The notes under the pieces were generated by a model that made no database searches, was not told where the DNA came from, and saw only the letters and a list, made by a program, of their open reading frames with translations. From positions 310,001 to 374,000 of the forward strand of contig JAMDHS010000003.1 in the NCBI GenBank assembly GCA_029717555.1: a stretch of DNA of 64,000 nt. The letters run 5' to 3'. Source of the stretch: Peribolospora baueri (Eukaryota). Numbering within the stretch: position 1 is the stretch's first letter; the number at the start of each line of letters is the position of its first letter. Shown here piece by piece: positions 50,492 through 63,466 of this stretch. The translations under genes and the position numbers were made by a program.

Positions 50492-53182
50492 TCACACCTC
50501 CCCCCCTACCCACGCCCACGCCAAGAACCCGAGCGCGTACGGGTTCGCGAGCCGAGCTGCTACCGTGCGCGTCCCTCTTGCGAGCAGCTCCATCGTCGCC
50601 CTTGCCTTCGCCCTCGCCCTCGCCCTGGCATTCGCGTTCGCGTTCGTGCTGCCTCCTCCTCCTCCCCTCCCGCTCGGCGCGCGAGCGCCAGCGACAGGCA
50701 CCGCCGCCGCCGCCGTCGTCGTCGCAGCGCCGACGAGTCCGCGTTGCACCTCCGCCCACCGCCTCGCGCCGCCAAAGAGCGGTACGGCAACGTACGTCCG
50801 AGCGAGCGTCTGCCACGCGTGTGCCCTCAGCTTGGACGGCTGATCTTCTTTGGTCGATGACGACGGCGAAGGAGCAGTGACGCGCTGCGCGTGCGCGAGG
50901 AGGAGGTCGAATGCCCTCGGCTGCCTCAGCGCCGGTTCGTCCCATCCGACGTGTCGGCAACTGAAAGGGCGCGTCCGGTGAAGCCGGGGCCGTCGTTGTG
51001 GTTGTGGTTGTGCGCTCGGCGGACGAGGCGGAGATGATGGCCCGTCGTCGTTCTTAGGAGACGAAAACACAAAACTTCGCTCGCCGTCCGCCACAACCCC
51101 TCCAGACCGTCTCCGTCTCCGCATTCGGACCCTCCTCTTCCTCTTCTGCCCCATCTCCGCCCTACCCCCGACCCTTCCCACCCGGGTGCTCCCAGCTCGA
51201 AAGCCGAATAAATGACGCTCCTGTCGGCTGAGCGTCACCCTCCGCTTGCCAAGACGATCCGCCTCGACTTCGACGCCGCCGTGTGAACGAGCGGACGACT
51301 TCGAAGAACCGCGGTCCAGCAGCGCGGATGCAAAGAGCGAAGAAGACGGAGAGTCCACCTTCGACCACGTCTTCCCGCCTCCCACCTTGCCGGCCACTAT
51401 CCCCGCTTCTCGTACCACCGACACGCCCCTCGCGCCCACCACCGCAGAACGCCCCCGCGTCCCACCTCGCCGTTCGTCGCTCGGCGCTCCTGCTCCTGCT
51501 CCTGCCGCCGCCGCCCATTTCCTCGGTTTCCTCCCCACGGCCGCCGCCTCCGCTTGCCTTTCCCACTCTTTCCACCCCGCCCAAAGCACCCTCCTCGCTA
51601 GCGCGAACGGCCTCCCCACCCATTCGTACAGCCACCCGCCCACGCCTCCGCCGACGACAAGCGTGGCGACGATCGCAAGCCGTTCCGGCGTCGACTTGGC
51701 ACTCCAATCCGACCTCGACGAACGCGAATCCGCACCGTCCACCACCACCGCCGCCGTCGTCGTCGTCGGCGGACCGTACTGCGCTCGCACCCACCCAGAA
51801 GCGCGCTGAGCGAGCCGGCGGGACATCTCAAAGGTGGCGAAGAAGGCAGCAAAGCCGACAGAGTCCCTGGCGACGCTCAACACCATGCCCACGCCGAACC
51901 CCGTCTTTCCCGTCCTTCGTCTCCACTTCCTCATCGCTCTCACCGCCGCCCTCACTCTCTCGCCCGTCGACAGCCCCGACGACCGCCATGACCTTGACGT
52001 GAGCAGCGCCAGCGATGACGAGGGGACGAAAGGCAGTATCGCAGCACGTAGCAGAGCGCGCCAGGAGAACGGCGGCGGGACACTAGGTCGTCCCGCTTTG
52101 GCCTTGACGTCGCCGAACGAGGGAGGGCGAGGGACAGAAGGAGGAGGGGCGAACGTGGCTCGGAGGAGAAGGCGGACGTTGTCGAGGGGGGCGGAGACGA
52201 GGCATTGAGCCAGGCCCGCGGCGCCGCCCGCCAGGAGGACGACTGGGAGGGGCGTCCAGTCAGACGGTGTGGAGGACGTGTCGGAAGAAGGGGAGGAGGG
52301 GGAAAAAGCTGCCTCCACGTGAGTGTAGGCTGCCACGGTGAAAGGAGACGGAGGATAAAAAAAACTTGAGCAGACTGTCCGACGGGCATGTTGCCCATTT
52401 AAATCGAAGACCGGGGGATGGGCTCACTCTCGAATAAGACGAATCCGATAGTGGTGTTGAACAGAATCGGAGGCAGGAGCAAGTGTGGGAGAAAGCTTGC
52501 CTGTGACAGCAAAAGCGCAAATGCATCATCAGTTGGACAGATACGCCTTCGACCTTTGCCCCGCGGCGATTCACCTTCTCTCTCTTGATCAGCGTGCGTA
52601 AGTACCGCCAGCTCAGCGTCTTGCCTTCGCGCCGTGCGACCGCTTCTAGTATGTGCCACGAGCTCACTGCGGGGAGAGCAGGGAAAGAGAGGTACTTGGT
52701 CAGGAGTCCGTGGAGCAAGATTAGTGTGATCGACACCTACGCTTGATAGGCCTAAGGCGCGCGCAAGAGCGATGAAGAAGCGAGGCGCAGCAAAGTTGTT
52801 TCAAAAGTCAACACTTGTGAGCTCTACGAGCCGTCCGTGCCCACGGCCACGTCGCTCACCGGAATAGCCGGATAGGTCTCTTGAACATGAACGCCAGCGT
52901 CCCGACCAAAGCCCGCGCCAACGCACCACCGAGCGAGGCCGAGCGGTCACTCGAGGATTGACCATCGTCGCTCGGACTCGCGACGACAACCCCCCTCGCG
53001 TCCACAGCCTTCCCTGCGCCGCTCACTTGCCCTTCCCGGAGAGCGAGGAGCGGATGACCGCTCGGAGCGACCGCGGAAGGGTCCACATTCACCGAAACGA
53101 GGTGGGCGAGCGAGGCGTGGTCCAAGAAGGTGAGTGACACCGTGGGTAGACCGTCTGGGGCGCCATTGTGCGAGCCGCTCAT
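50492..53182 (-). CDS. fungal degenerate mitochondrial-carrier-like membrane protein with a large low-complexity insert
   Basis: Spliced frame: LAFMFKRPIRLFR|PIK|LSSWHIL...|ASFLPHLLLPPILFNTTIGFVLFE|TY. Carrier-like helices LLAGGAAGLAQCLVSAPLDNVR (Px[D/E]xx[K/R] signature) and ARDSVGFAAFFATFE. Confidence 0.7.
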
Positions 53183-53513
53183 CGACGTCGGCGTCGTATG
53201 CTGTTTGCGTGCCCCGGTGAAGGCGCCAGATGAATTTGGGCCAATCGACACCAAGTTCGAGGATGAGCGCCGCCGAGTCGGACCGAGCGAGGCCGACCGA
53301 GTTGCTGCGGCAAGATAAGCACGCGTGATCCGCGTCGCGTTGATGAGCGCGTGAGTGTGGCGGGAGGGAGGGAGATGGGAAGGTTGGCGTGAGACGACGA
53401 CCGTCGATCGCATTCCTCCGTTGACCAGCTCCTTCGCGTCTACTTCAGAGCGTATCTACCGTCCTCCCCGCGCTTGTTTGACTCTTGCGTCCATCTCAGA
53501 AAGCGCTCTCCGC

Positions 53514-54625
53514 ATGTCCGTCGTGCACATCCAAGGTGGGTGGAAGTGAGGAGGGGGGACGGACAGACGAGTCTCATCCATCTGTTCTGCTTTGAACATA
53601 TCAGACATCCAAATCCTCAACGCCAATGCGCGCTTTCAGGGTGGGCTTTACCGAAAAGCGGGGATGTGTTGAAGGTCTGATAGCTGATGGTCTCGACCTC
53701 GCGCGTTTGTTTGCCGCCTGCTGCCTCCTAGACCCATACCTTTTCAAGATCACCTTTGAGTGCATAGCTCCTTTGGCGGAGGGTGAGTGGCTTGACCTTC
53801 GTTTTGCTCGACGTGGTCGTGTCTCCGGGGGTAATGAATGCAGAGCCTAGCCGCGTTCGCTGATCGTTCTCTGTCGTCTGTTTTCGTGCTTTGCCTGGCC
53901 TCCCAGATCTCGAGTGGAAGCTCATCTATGTTGGCTCATCAACGAGCACGGAGTATGACCAGGAGCTGGACAGCTGCTTGGTGGGACCCGTGCCAGTAGG
54001 TGAGCGTCTGCCTCTGCCTCACGGAGACGTTCATCCAGGCTTCTCTTGACGATTCCGCTCATGCCTCGCCCTCGCGCCCGCGCCAACCAATCAGGCATCA
54101 ACTGCTTCCCCTTCGAAGCGGCAGCGCCGTCTCCTTCCAAGATCCCACCGTCGGACCTGCTGGGCGTCACGGTGATCCTGCTCACCGCGTCCTATCGCGA
54201 CCAAGAGTTTGTCCGTGTCGGCTACTACGTCCACAACGAGTACGATGACGAGGAGATGCGCGAGAACCCGCCGGAGCAGGTGCGCGTCGATCGGATCGTC
54301 AGGAGCGTGCTGGTGGATAAGCCGAGGGTGACGAGGTTCAATATCAAGTGGTCAGTCCGATTTATGTTTCCATGGCCGTCGGCATTCATCTCGGCCGTGT
54401 CGGCTCTTTGAACTTTTGTTCTAACCTGACCGACCTTGCCATTTTTCTTTGCCGCATCGACCGCCCGCCCGCCACAGGGACTCGCCCACCGTCCCCACCA
54501 CCTCCACCGCCGTCCCGACCGGGCAAACATCGGCGCCGGCGCCCGCACCCGCGCACTCGGCCGAGCCTGGCGCCGCCGTGGCAGCGCCGGCGTCGCATGT
54601 GATGGTAGAGGGCAGCCATGGCTGA
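53514..54625 (+). CDS. ASF1: histone H3/H4 chaperone Asf1
   Basis: [73 protein letters not shown]. Confidence 0.96.
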
Positions 54626-55514
54626 GAGCAGGACGGGACGGAAGGGGAGGGAATACCTGGTTGCGAGGGCAGTGGCCGTCTCTCCTTCTTCCTGTGCTTC
54701 ATCTCCCGTGCGATGAATGTCCATGCTTTTCCCATCGTTTGTCCCAGACCTCGCTCACGATCAGTATCTTCATCCGTACGCCCTGCCCCCGCAGCGCACT
54801 TTGGCCGGGCCAGATGCGGTCAGTTTCAAATGGCCCGATGCTCTCTCGCCGCCGTGCTCGCGAGCGAGCGAGCGGGGGCCGTCTCAGCTCCATTTGTTTC
54901 GTTCGTTCATTCGTTCGTTCGGTCGTTGAGAGATCCACTGCGCGCGCACGACAGACACGTGCGTCCTCGCCTCGCATCGAATCGCACCGCATCGCTTCGC
55001 ATCGCTTCGGAAAAGGTCCGCAGTCGTCACAGTCGTCTGTCTTGTCTTGTCTGTTGGAGTCTCATCTCGGGACGGACCCGCGTCTTGGCCGTTCCATCCA
55101 TTCATACATACATACATACAGGACGGCGTACGGGGTGGAAACCAAGGACGAATGGGAGAAGTGTAGAAGCGAGGAAGGCAAGCAGGAAAGCAGGAAGGCA
55201 GGCAACAGGAAGGAAGTGAGGGAGGAGGGAGTGCTACCGGTGAGCCAGCCACCGCCCGGCCGGTTCGGTCTCGGCCACACTCGCACCAGCGCGGTGAGCG
55301 AAAAAGAAGCAACAAAAAAAGACGGCACTGCCGAGAGGTCTTAAAGTGATGGGAACGAAGACGAAGACGAACTGAGCGACGGGAGGAGAGAAAGAATACA
55401 GGATGGAGTGGAGAGGGGATCGTCCGGGTGCCGGCCCCGGAGGAAGGGAGGGCGGGAATGGGGAGGAGGGGTTTGGTGGCGGCCCGCGCGCGTCTCAAAG
55501 GCAGCAAAATTCAA

Positions 55515-56485
55515 TCAAGCCTTGGGCAAGACGTTCTGCGGAAACTCGCCCTCCACGTTTCCGGCGGGGGCGTACTCGCAGACGAGGTAGCCGGCATTGC
55601 CATCGCTGGAGGAGAAGAGCGTTCCGGGTGCGCAGGAGATGAGAGCGCATCCGACTTGCTCGGTGGCCTTCCAGACGACCTGGGTGAAGTGGCCGGTGGC
55701 CTCGGAGAAGCCGGGGTTGGAGTAGTCGTACTTGGACGACTCGTCGGTCCACTGCTTGATGCCGTCGGTGGCGGAGTAGGAGCCTGTGCCGGAAGCTAGG
55801 TTCTCGCCGTAGGGGCCGAGGGCGCCGTTGCTGGGAGGAGGGAAGGAAGGAAGGAAGGAAGGTGAGCACGCCGAGGTCAGGTCGGGTCAGGAGAGATAAG
55901 AGCTGGCTACGGTCGCGCGTGCCTGACTGTGCCTGACTGTGCCTGTCCTTCCGGTCCTTGCCTGTGCCTGCCGGCGACGCGACGCGATCCTCTCCTTCCC
56001 CCACACGGCACTCACCTGTGCTGGAAGACACACTTGCTAGCCCACTGGCTAGCAGCGTCCGCGAGTGTCTGGTTCCAAGAGAGCGCACCGACCTGGTACT
56101 GCTGGCGGAAGGAGTTGTGCGAGTCGAGGGATTGGGACTGGACGTCTCCGGTGGTGCCCGTCGCGGCGTTCGAGTTGGTCGACGACGGGGAGGGTTGAGC
56201 GGGGGCGGGGTGGGCAGAAGAGGAGTGCGACGGTGCCGGTGCCGGCGCTGGCTCTTTGGACCAGGTCCAGCGGTCGGCCCATGCCCCCTGGGCGGCGGGC
56301 TTGTTGGAGGAGGACGGCTGCTGGGCGCCGCCCTGTGCTTGTGCGCCGGCGGCCGCGGCCTGGTTGGAGCACGAGGACGAGGGGGAGCGACGATGGAAGC
56401 GGCGTGCGTCGGCGGCGGGGGAAGAGAGGAGAACGAGGAGGAGGAGGAGAGGGGCGGAGGAGAGGAGGAACGACAGGCGGGCCAT
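55515..56485 (-). CDS. secreted CAP/SCP (PR-1/Pry-like) protein, 2 exons
   Basis: Signal peptide; LDSHNSFRQQY, LSWNQTLA, YGENLA, GHFTQVVWK (CAP signature) and LVCEYAPAGNV. Confidence 0.93.
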
Positions 56486-58236
56486 GGCTGAGGGTGTGGG
56501 TGGGAAACGATCAGCGGGTTGCGTCGGCGGTTCTCCTTTGCTGCTTGTTTGGTCGCTCACTTTGCTTGCTTGCTGTGTGGGCGTCGCGTTGACGGCGAGT
56601 GGACGAAAAGAGGGTAAAGGACGTTGGCTGGTCCTGCAGCTGTGGGGGGGTGGGAGGAATGGGTTGGAAGGGGAGGGGTGCTTTGGTGGTGAGGGTGTCG
56701 AGGGGGAGCGAAGGGAGCAAGCGTGGGTGGCTTTTTGAAGGGAGGGGACGTCGGGCGTCGAGCGGAGTGGCCCGGGAAAAAGAGAAGAAAGAAGAAGGTG
56801 AAGAAGCGCTCGCCGGCAGCAGGTCGTCGACTCGAGCCAGTCCAGTTCAGTTCAGCCCTTCGTTCATGAGCGGGTGAGCAATGAAATGAGCAAGTTACAT
56901 GTTATGCGGCAGTCAAGCCACATACGAATACCACCGTCCGTGGACATCAGATGCGCCCGTGCTTCCGCCCACGTATAAACGAGCGGGGAGGGGGGAAGCA
57001 GGCAGGTAAGTGAGTAGGGCGGCTCTGAGAGCGCCAGGATGATGTACGGAGGACGGGAGGAGGGAGGGCTCGGCGGCGCCGGCCGGGCGCTCCGTCGTTA
57101 TGTCATCTGCCATGCCGGGTGCGGTGGAAGAAGGATAAGAGTGATTGATTACGATGTATGTGGCTGGAGTGACTACACCATGTGCGTGTCGTGAGTGGAT
57201 CACCGACCGCCACGCTCAGCCACCGCCGCTCCGGCTCATCTCGGGTGTGTGGATGGGGTTGCGGGTGGAGTTGAGTGGAATGGGATGGAATGGAATGAGC
57301 GGTGGCCGGAGGGATGGATGAGCAAGGGTGGTTGGTACAAGACAAGACAAGACAAGGTCCATTTCCATCTATTTGCAGCCCACCTCGCCCGCTCCCTCGT
57401 CGCCCGGCCTCCGTCGGTTCCTGAGTCTACGCTTCATTTCTCCTATGAAACCCCGAGAAAACGTCCGCCGTCGATCCCCCTCGGCCCCCGGGCCGCGGGG
57501 ACAGTACAGTGCCCGACGGACTACGGACGGGGGAGATTGGAGCGCTAGTTGCACTTGCACGTTACGCCGCTCCCCGATATGGTCTCTCCGACCGGCGTAG
57601 GTTGGCGACGGGACGGGAGCTGTCGTCTAGCGTCTCCGCCGATCCGATCCGTCATCCGCGGCGGCGTCCCGTCTGTCTCGCCCGACGGTTCGCTCCCTTC
57701 CGTGGACGGTGAGACAGAGAGAAAAAGAGAGGGAGTGGTCCAAGGGAATCAGCATGGGCGGTCCCACGTTCGGCCCCTCGTTCTGCTCTTCACGGTCATC
57801 TGCGCATGACGAATCGAATCGCCTTGGCCATCGGCTTTTCATTCAGCCGCACTCGTCCACCTTGGCTTCGCGTCGGCGACGATCAACCACATCGCCGACG
57901 TCAATAAGAACAACAATACCTAGCAGTAACAGCGACAATGACAGCAACAAATAACAATGACATGGACAACATGAATGACAATAACCCGTAACTCTGGCCC
58001 TTTTATGCGCATCTCCCACCGTCGCTGCGCCCCATCATCTCGGACTTTGGAGGACCTAGGCGGTCGCTCGCTCACACCAACCACTTGACTGCGGCAACTT
58101 CGCGACGCTCGATCACTACCGACATCTCGTCCCAGTTCCAACTCTGGCGGTGGCTCGAGCCGGCTCGCAAACCGTCGACGACTTCCAGGAGAGAGTGAGA
58201 GAAGCCCCTCCTCTGCTCCGCCGGCGCATTTCAAAC

Positions 58237-61200
58237 ATGGACACACGGGACAACGAAGACCCCTACGCTCCCTCCTCCCGTCCCCCGCCCCGCTCCCACT
58301 CCCCGCCGCCTCCCTTCAGCGCTGACGCCTCTCCCTTCCCCCCGCCACCACCACGACGACACTCCGGCGACAATGCCGACGAGGACGACGACGAACCCCT
58401 CTTCGCCTCCGCCTCTTCGTCTGCCAGGACAATAGACGAGGGACCCGAGGCGGCCGGAGGAGCGGATCAGAGCTTGTACGCCATCTTGAATGTCCCCAGG
58501 GACGCTAGCGTGGAAGAGATCAGGGACGCGTACAAGTCGTTGGCTGGTGAGTCCTCCCGTTCTGGCCAAGCCACAGGGCAGATGGATGGATGGATGGATG
58601 GTCGGGCCGTTCCAGACCGCTTTCTCGTCCGCTGCCTTATCCTTCGTCTGTCTCGTCCTTGCCCGAGTACCCGACTGCTAAGGTGCAATTAATTGTATGC
58701 GAACCACATCTTTTCTCCCTCCACTCCACCTCCACCAGTCATCCTCCACCCGGACAAACAGCGCACACCCTCCCGAAAGTCCGCCGCCGAGTCTCGCTTC
58801 CAGGCCGTACAACGTGCCTATGAGGTCCTTTCCGACAAGAACCGTCGTGCCCTCTACGACACCTTAGGAGAGGAGGGGCTTAGGACGAAGTTAGCTGTCG
58901 GGCAGAGGTTCATGACGCCGGAGGAGGTGCGTCGGCGCGGTCGGCGGGGCACGAGATGCGCCGACGCGTGCTACCGTTCTCATCACCCCTTTTTCGCCGC
59001 TTTCCCAGATCCGCACAGAGTTTGAGAAGGTTTCGCAGCAGAGGAGAGAGATGGAGGTGGAGAACCTTGTCAAGTCCAAGGTCAGTTTGCCTTACTTCCC
59101 CCGATCGCACCATCTGTGTATCGCCGCTCGTCGTTGCCTGGCGGAAGGACAGCTGATTAGTCCTCTCCTCTTGCTCCCTTTCAACGCCTTCTCAGACCGA
59201 ACTGACTGCTGCTCTAGACGCCACCTCCCTCTTCGCGCCCTCCGACCAATTACGTCCCCCTCGACCTCCCCTTCCAGGTCTCCCCCCCGCACCCCTTCGG
59301 GTGGGCCTCTGGGAGAGGATCACCAGGACGGGCTTCCAGCAGCTGCATATGAAGAGCAGTTACGAGGTGCGTGCGTTCGCGCCGGTGTTCGGCGCAGCTG
59401 GTCCGTTTCGGTGGTCTGTAAAGCCGCGTCGCTCACTCGTTTCGTCCGTCTTCGATTGATTCGCCGCGCCGCTTCGCTTTCGAAGACTCCACTAACCGCC
59501 CACACCGCAGCCGTCATTTCGGGACAAATGGTCACTCGAGGAAACATGGGCGCTGGCAACGTCGTCGGCACCCTCCGAACGCAGTGGTCCCCCAGGCTTT
59601 CCACCGAGGTGAGCGCTCGTTCGCCCACGGTCCTCGCCACGAGGCTCTCGGAGATCTGGTTCGGCCTATCGTGGCGCCGGACGAAACGAACAATGCTCGA
59701 TGAAGAATTGAGGAAGGACCGGACGGCTCACTCTGTCCTCTTCGTATGTGTGTGTGTGCCTGTGTGTTCTTTCCAGCTCACCACGACGGTGATGAAACCA
59801 CGCGTCTTTGCTGGCAAGCTTAACTTCCAGTTGGATGAGGACACGTGAGCCGCGGACTTCCGCCTCCCTTTCATCTCGCCTTCCCCCTCGTCTTCCAACT
59901 GACCCATCGCCTGCCGTTCTGCTCGACATGCGCAGCTTCCTCAATGCCTACACCACCGCGCAGTCCCTCTCTTCGCCCCCCACGCTCAACTTCACCTTCG
60001 GCCAGCGCCTCTCGCAACACGTCACCGGCTTCTTCTCTCTCAAGTCCGGTTCGTACGCCGTCGGCCCCTGGGGCCGGTTCGCACCCGGTTCGGGAAGGAC
60101 GAGCTTCGACAGGTCGTCCATCTCCATCGGCTTCACTTCCCAGCCCGTGTCGGGCCGCCGCGGACCGTCCATGGGAGGCCTCGGCGGCGGAGGCTGGACG
60201 GTGCAAACGAATCTGGGGCAGCAGGACCTGTCCGTCTCGCTCGATTACGGGTTGAGGCCCCTCGGAGGCGTAAAGGCTCGTCTGGGCGGAAGCTTGGGTA
60301 CGATGAGCGGGCTGAGCGCGTTCGTGAGCGGGGAAAGAAGGGTCACCGAGAACACGCGCGTCGGGCTCGCACTCCATGCCGCCTTGGCCGGGTCGGTGAC
60401 GTTGAGGGTTAGGTGGGTGGGGCGCTTTTCCCTTTTATTTTCCTTTTGCTCGTTTCCTTTCTTTTTTTCCCCTCCGTCTCCTGTCACCTCGGCTCATCTC
60501 TTCTTCCTTCTGTTGACCTCTCCTACTCCGTCCGTCTCCCTATGCATGCCCTACGCCGTCGCTCGCGCAGGATCAATCGCCTCTCTCAACGCATCATCGT
60601 CCCCATCGTCCTCTCTCACGAGTTCAACTCCGGCCTCGTCTTCTGGACCACCGTCCTCCCCTCCGTCGGTATGGTCGGACTGCACTACTTGCTCATCAAA
60701 CCCAGGAAGAGGCGAAGGATCTCCAAGTGCGTCTCTCCTCGTCATTTTTTTTCTTATTCTTGGGCTTCGTTCGCGTGCGCCCTTGACTATACATACGCTG
60801 ACACGATAAGAACGTCTCTGCCTCCCCGCCATCGTCGCTCGCCTCTGCGGATTCCCGATCGCGCCGCGGACGCAGCAAACTGGCGTCCCTGCGAGCAGAG
60901 AACAGGGAGTACATCGCGGAGAAGCGACAGGCGGCCGAGGAAGCTGTGCGGCTGCTTGCAGATCAGGCGGCGAAGAGGGCGGCGAGGGAGTGGCGGGAGG
61001 GCGGGTTCGTCGTGCTCGAAGCTGTTTATGGCGTCCGCACCGCGTTTCCACCGCCGAAGGACGGGGGTGGGGCTGGTGGGGACAGGCAGCGGTGGTGGGA
61101 AAGGGTCATGGCGGGAGAGAGGGATGGAAGGGAGGAGGAGGAGGTGGTGGTGGAAGGCGATGCAGCACAGGATGGCGGGAAAGAGGAAAAGCGGAAGAAG

Positions 61201-61644
61201 GAGGAGGAAGAAGACAAGGGGTGGTGGGACGTGACTATCCCCGTGCAGGCGCTCGTCACACGCGGTCAGCTCATCATCCCCGGCGGTCGATCCAAGGTGC
61301 GTCTGCGTCTCGAACCCGCTTCCTTTCCTCTTTCTCTTTCCGTCGTCTCCTCTGCCTCTCATTCCATCCTATCCATGTCTGAACGATCAGGCCAACCTTC
61401 TCGGCTTTTACGACCCCTGCATGGGCGAGCGCAAGCACCTGAGCGTTCGTTACCTCTTCCGCGGACGGGTACACGAGTTTGTCGTCGACGACATCAGCGC
61501 CGTCGCGGCGCCCTTGCGAGGTGAGCAGCCGGCTCTGGACTGGTTCTGGTCCGGTTCGGTCTCCTCTGACGTTCATTTGCGCCGGTTTCTGCTCGTCTCT
61601 CTTCCTGCTCCTGCGCAGCGCACCAAGTCGATCCCGGTCGATGA
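58237..61644 (+). CDS. DNAJC11: DnaJ subfamily C member 11 homologue (J-domain, central domain, DUF3395-like C-terminus)
   Basis: LYAILNV...HPDK...AYEVLSD...RALYDTLGEEGL J-domain; C-terminal LEAVYG, DVTIPVQALV, SK|ANLLGFYDPCMGERKHLSVRYLFRG. Confidence 0.9.
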
Positions 61645-62052
61645 CGTGCATGCGCGTCCCTCACAAGCACAAACACGTTCTTTCGTCCGTCCGCCCCCTC
61701 ATCCCTCTCTTCACGCACTAGAGCGAACACATCGCAAGCAAACCTATACGTTCCGTTGTACGCACTCCTCCTCCATATCCTTCGTGCCTACTGCCGCTTA
61801 ATACATTAGACGGACGGGGACGGCCCGGCCGGCTCGGCTCGGCTCGGCTCGGTGGGTGGGAATTTCCATTTCTAAGCTCCAGCTCCGGTGCGGTCGATCG
61901 GCTCGGACATGCGCCACTCTCGCCCAAATTGCGTGGTATCTATCGGTGTGTGAGTGAGCTGTGGGCGGGCGGGGTGGGATTGAAAGCGAGAAGGAGAAGG
62001 GCGCGATGAGGATGAGGGAGAGAGAGCGTCGTCGGTCGGCAGCTGCGTCTTT

Positions 62053-63044
62053 CTACGGTTCGGGAACGAAGACGCCGACGAAGCAGTTGTCTATGAGCGA
62101 GTCTACGTTGATCCAGGAGTGCGTGAGCACTGCGCGAAAGCGAGCCGTGCGGCGGGAGGAGGAGGAAGAACGACTTGTCAGCACGTTTGCTCTCTCATCC
62201 CCGTTGAAACCCCAAGACCGTCGTGGACATACCGGACCGGCTGAGAAGCGAGCGACTCAACTCACTGAACAACCTCGTCCCGTCCCTGCCAGCGACTCGC
62301 ATCAGCTCCTTCACACCGCCAGGGTGGAACTTTAGGTAGGGCGCAATGTTGTACACCTTGCCGTGGATGGCCGTCCAGGCGTCCTCTTCCAATTTGTGCT
62401 TTGCCAGGTCGGAAGGAGTGATTCGGAGGGGGGTGGTTATGCCGCCCTGAGGTTGAATTAGGGGGTGGGGTGAGCGATGAGAGACGAAGCGAGTTGGAGG
62501 GACGGTCGGGAAGAAGGAGAGTGGCGCTGTATGTACGCACCCTCAAATCCGTTCCGGAGCTCTTCAGCCTCGCCCAATCTAGCGGACTGCAACCGGGCTC
62601 CAGCGCCACCTTTTGCCTCGCCTTTTTTGGCTTGGCTTGCGTCGAGAGCGGAACTCCCAGATACGCGGAGGAAGATTTGGTCCGGGGGGCAGATAGCAGG
62701 CCCGATGACGGCGACAGAGAGGAGGACGAAGCTGGCGGCGGCGGCGGGCGCATGGCGGAGGCGGGTTCGGACCAAGGGCGAGAGGAGGCAGATGCGGAGG
62801 CGGAGGCGGGGGTCGTGGAAGTGGAAGTGGAAGTGGAAGTGGGGGAGGCGAGTTGAAGGTTGAGCGTGGCCGCGAGACTGCTCGCCGTCACTGCCGCCGG
62901 CCTTGCCGCCGCTGATGGCTTTGATCGCTGAGCGCTGTCCGGCGCTGGAAAAGCTGGCGGAGTGTCGTCATGATCGTCAGTGGGTGTGTCTGGAGGGCTT
63001 TGCTGTGGGGAGGGAGAAGAGATTGAGGTGGAAGGGGGAGACAT
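62053..63044 (-). CDS. cytochrome b5-like heme-binding protein (Irc21-like)
   Basis: KVALEPGCSPLDWA, DAWTAIHGKVYNIAPYLKFHPGG (heme motif), GRDGTRLF|MLTHSWIN (second His ligand); 3 exons. Confidence 0.88.
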
Positions 63045-63466
63045 GGTACGGCCAAGAGCGAGGTGGAGGTGAGCAAGACGAACGAACGGAACGGCGCCTT
63101 CCTTCGTCTTTCGTCGCCGACGTTCGTGATCGGCGGCCAGCGCGGACCCGCAGCTGATCACTGCGACGAAGTGCAAGACCAGCCTAGCCAGACGTCGACG
63201 ACGTCAGCCACTTGAGCTACGACCACGATCATCGTCTGCTTGCCTACTTGCTCGCCTGCCTCCGTCTGTCCCCCACTCGACCGCCCCTCTGCCGCCGCCG
63301 CTGCCTTTGCTTATCCACGTCGCAACCAGCGTCCCTCGCACCGAACACTAACGTCCACCACCTTCGCGTTCGACAACACACATCCGCGACTCCTACTCTA
63401 CGCCCCTGTGCGTAGGTACGTCCATACACCTGGCCGCCGGCGGTCCGGACTCCGACCCTTCCAGCC

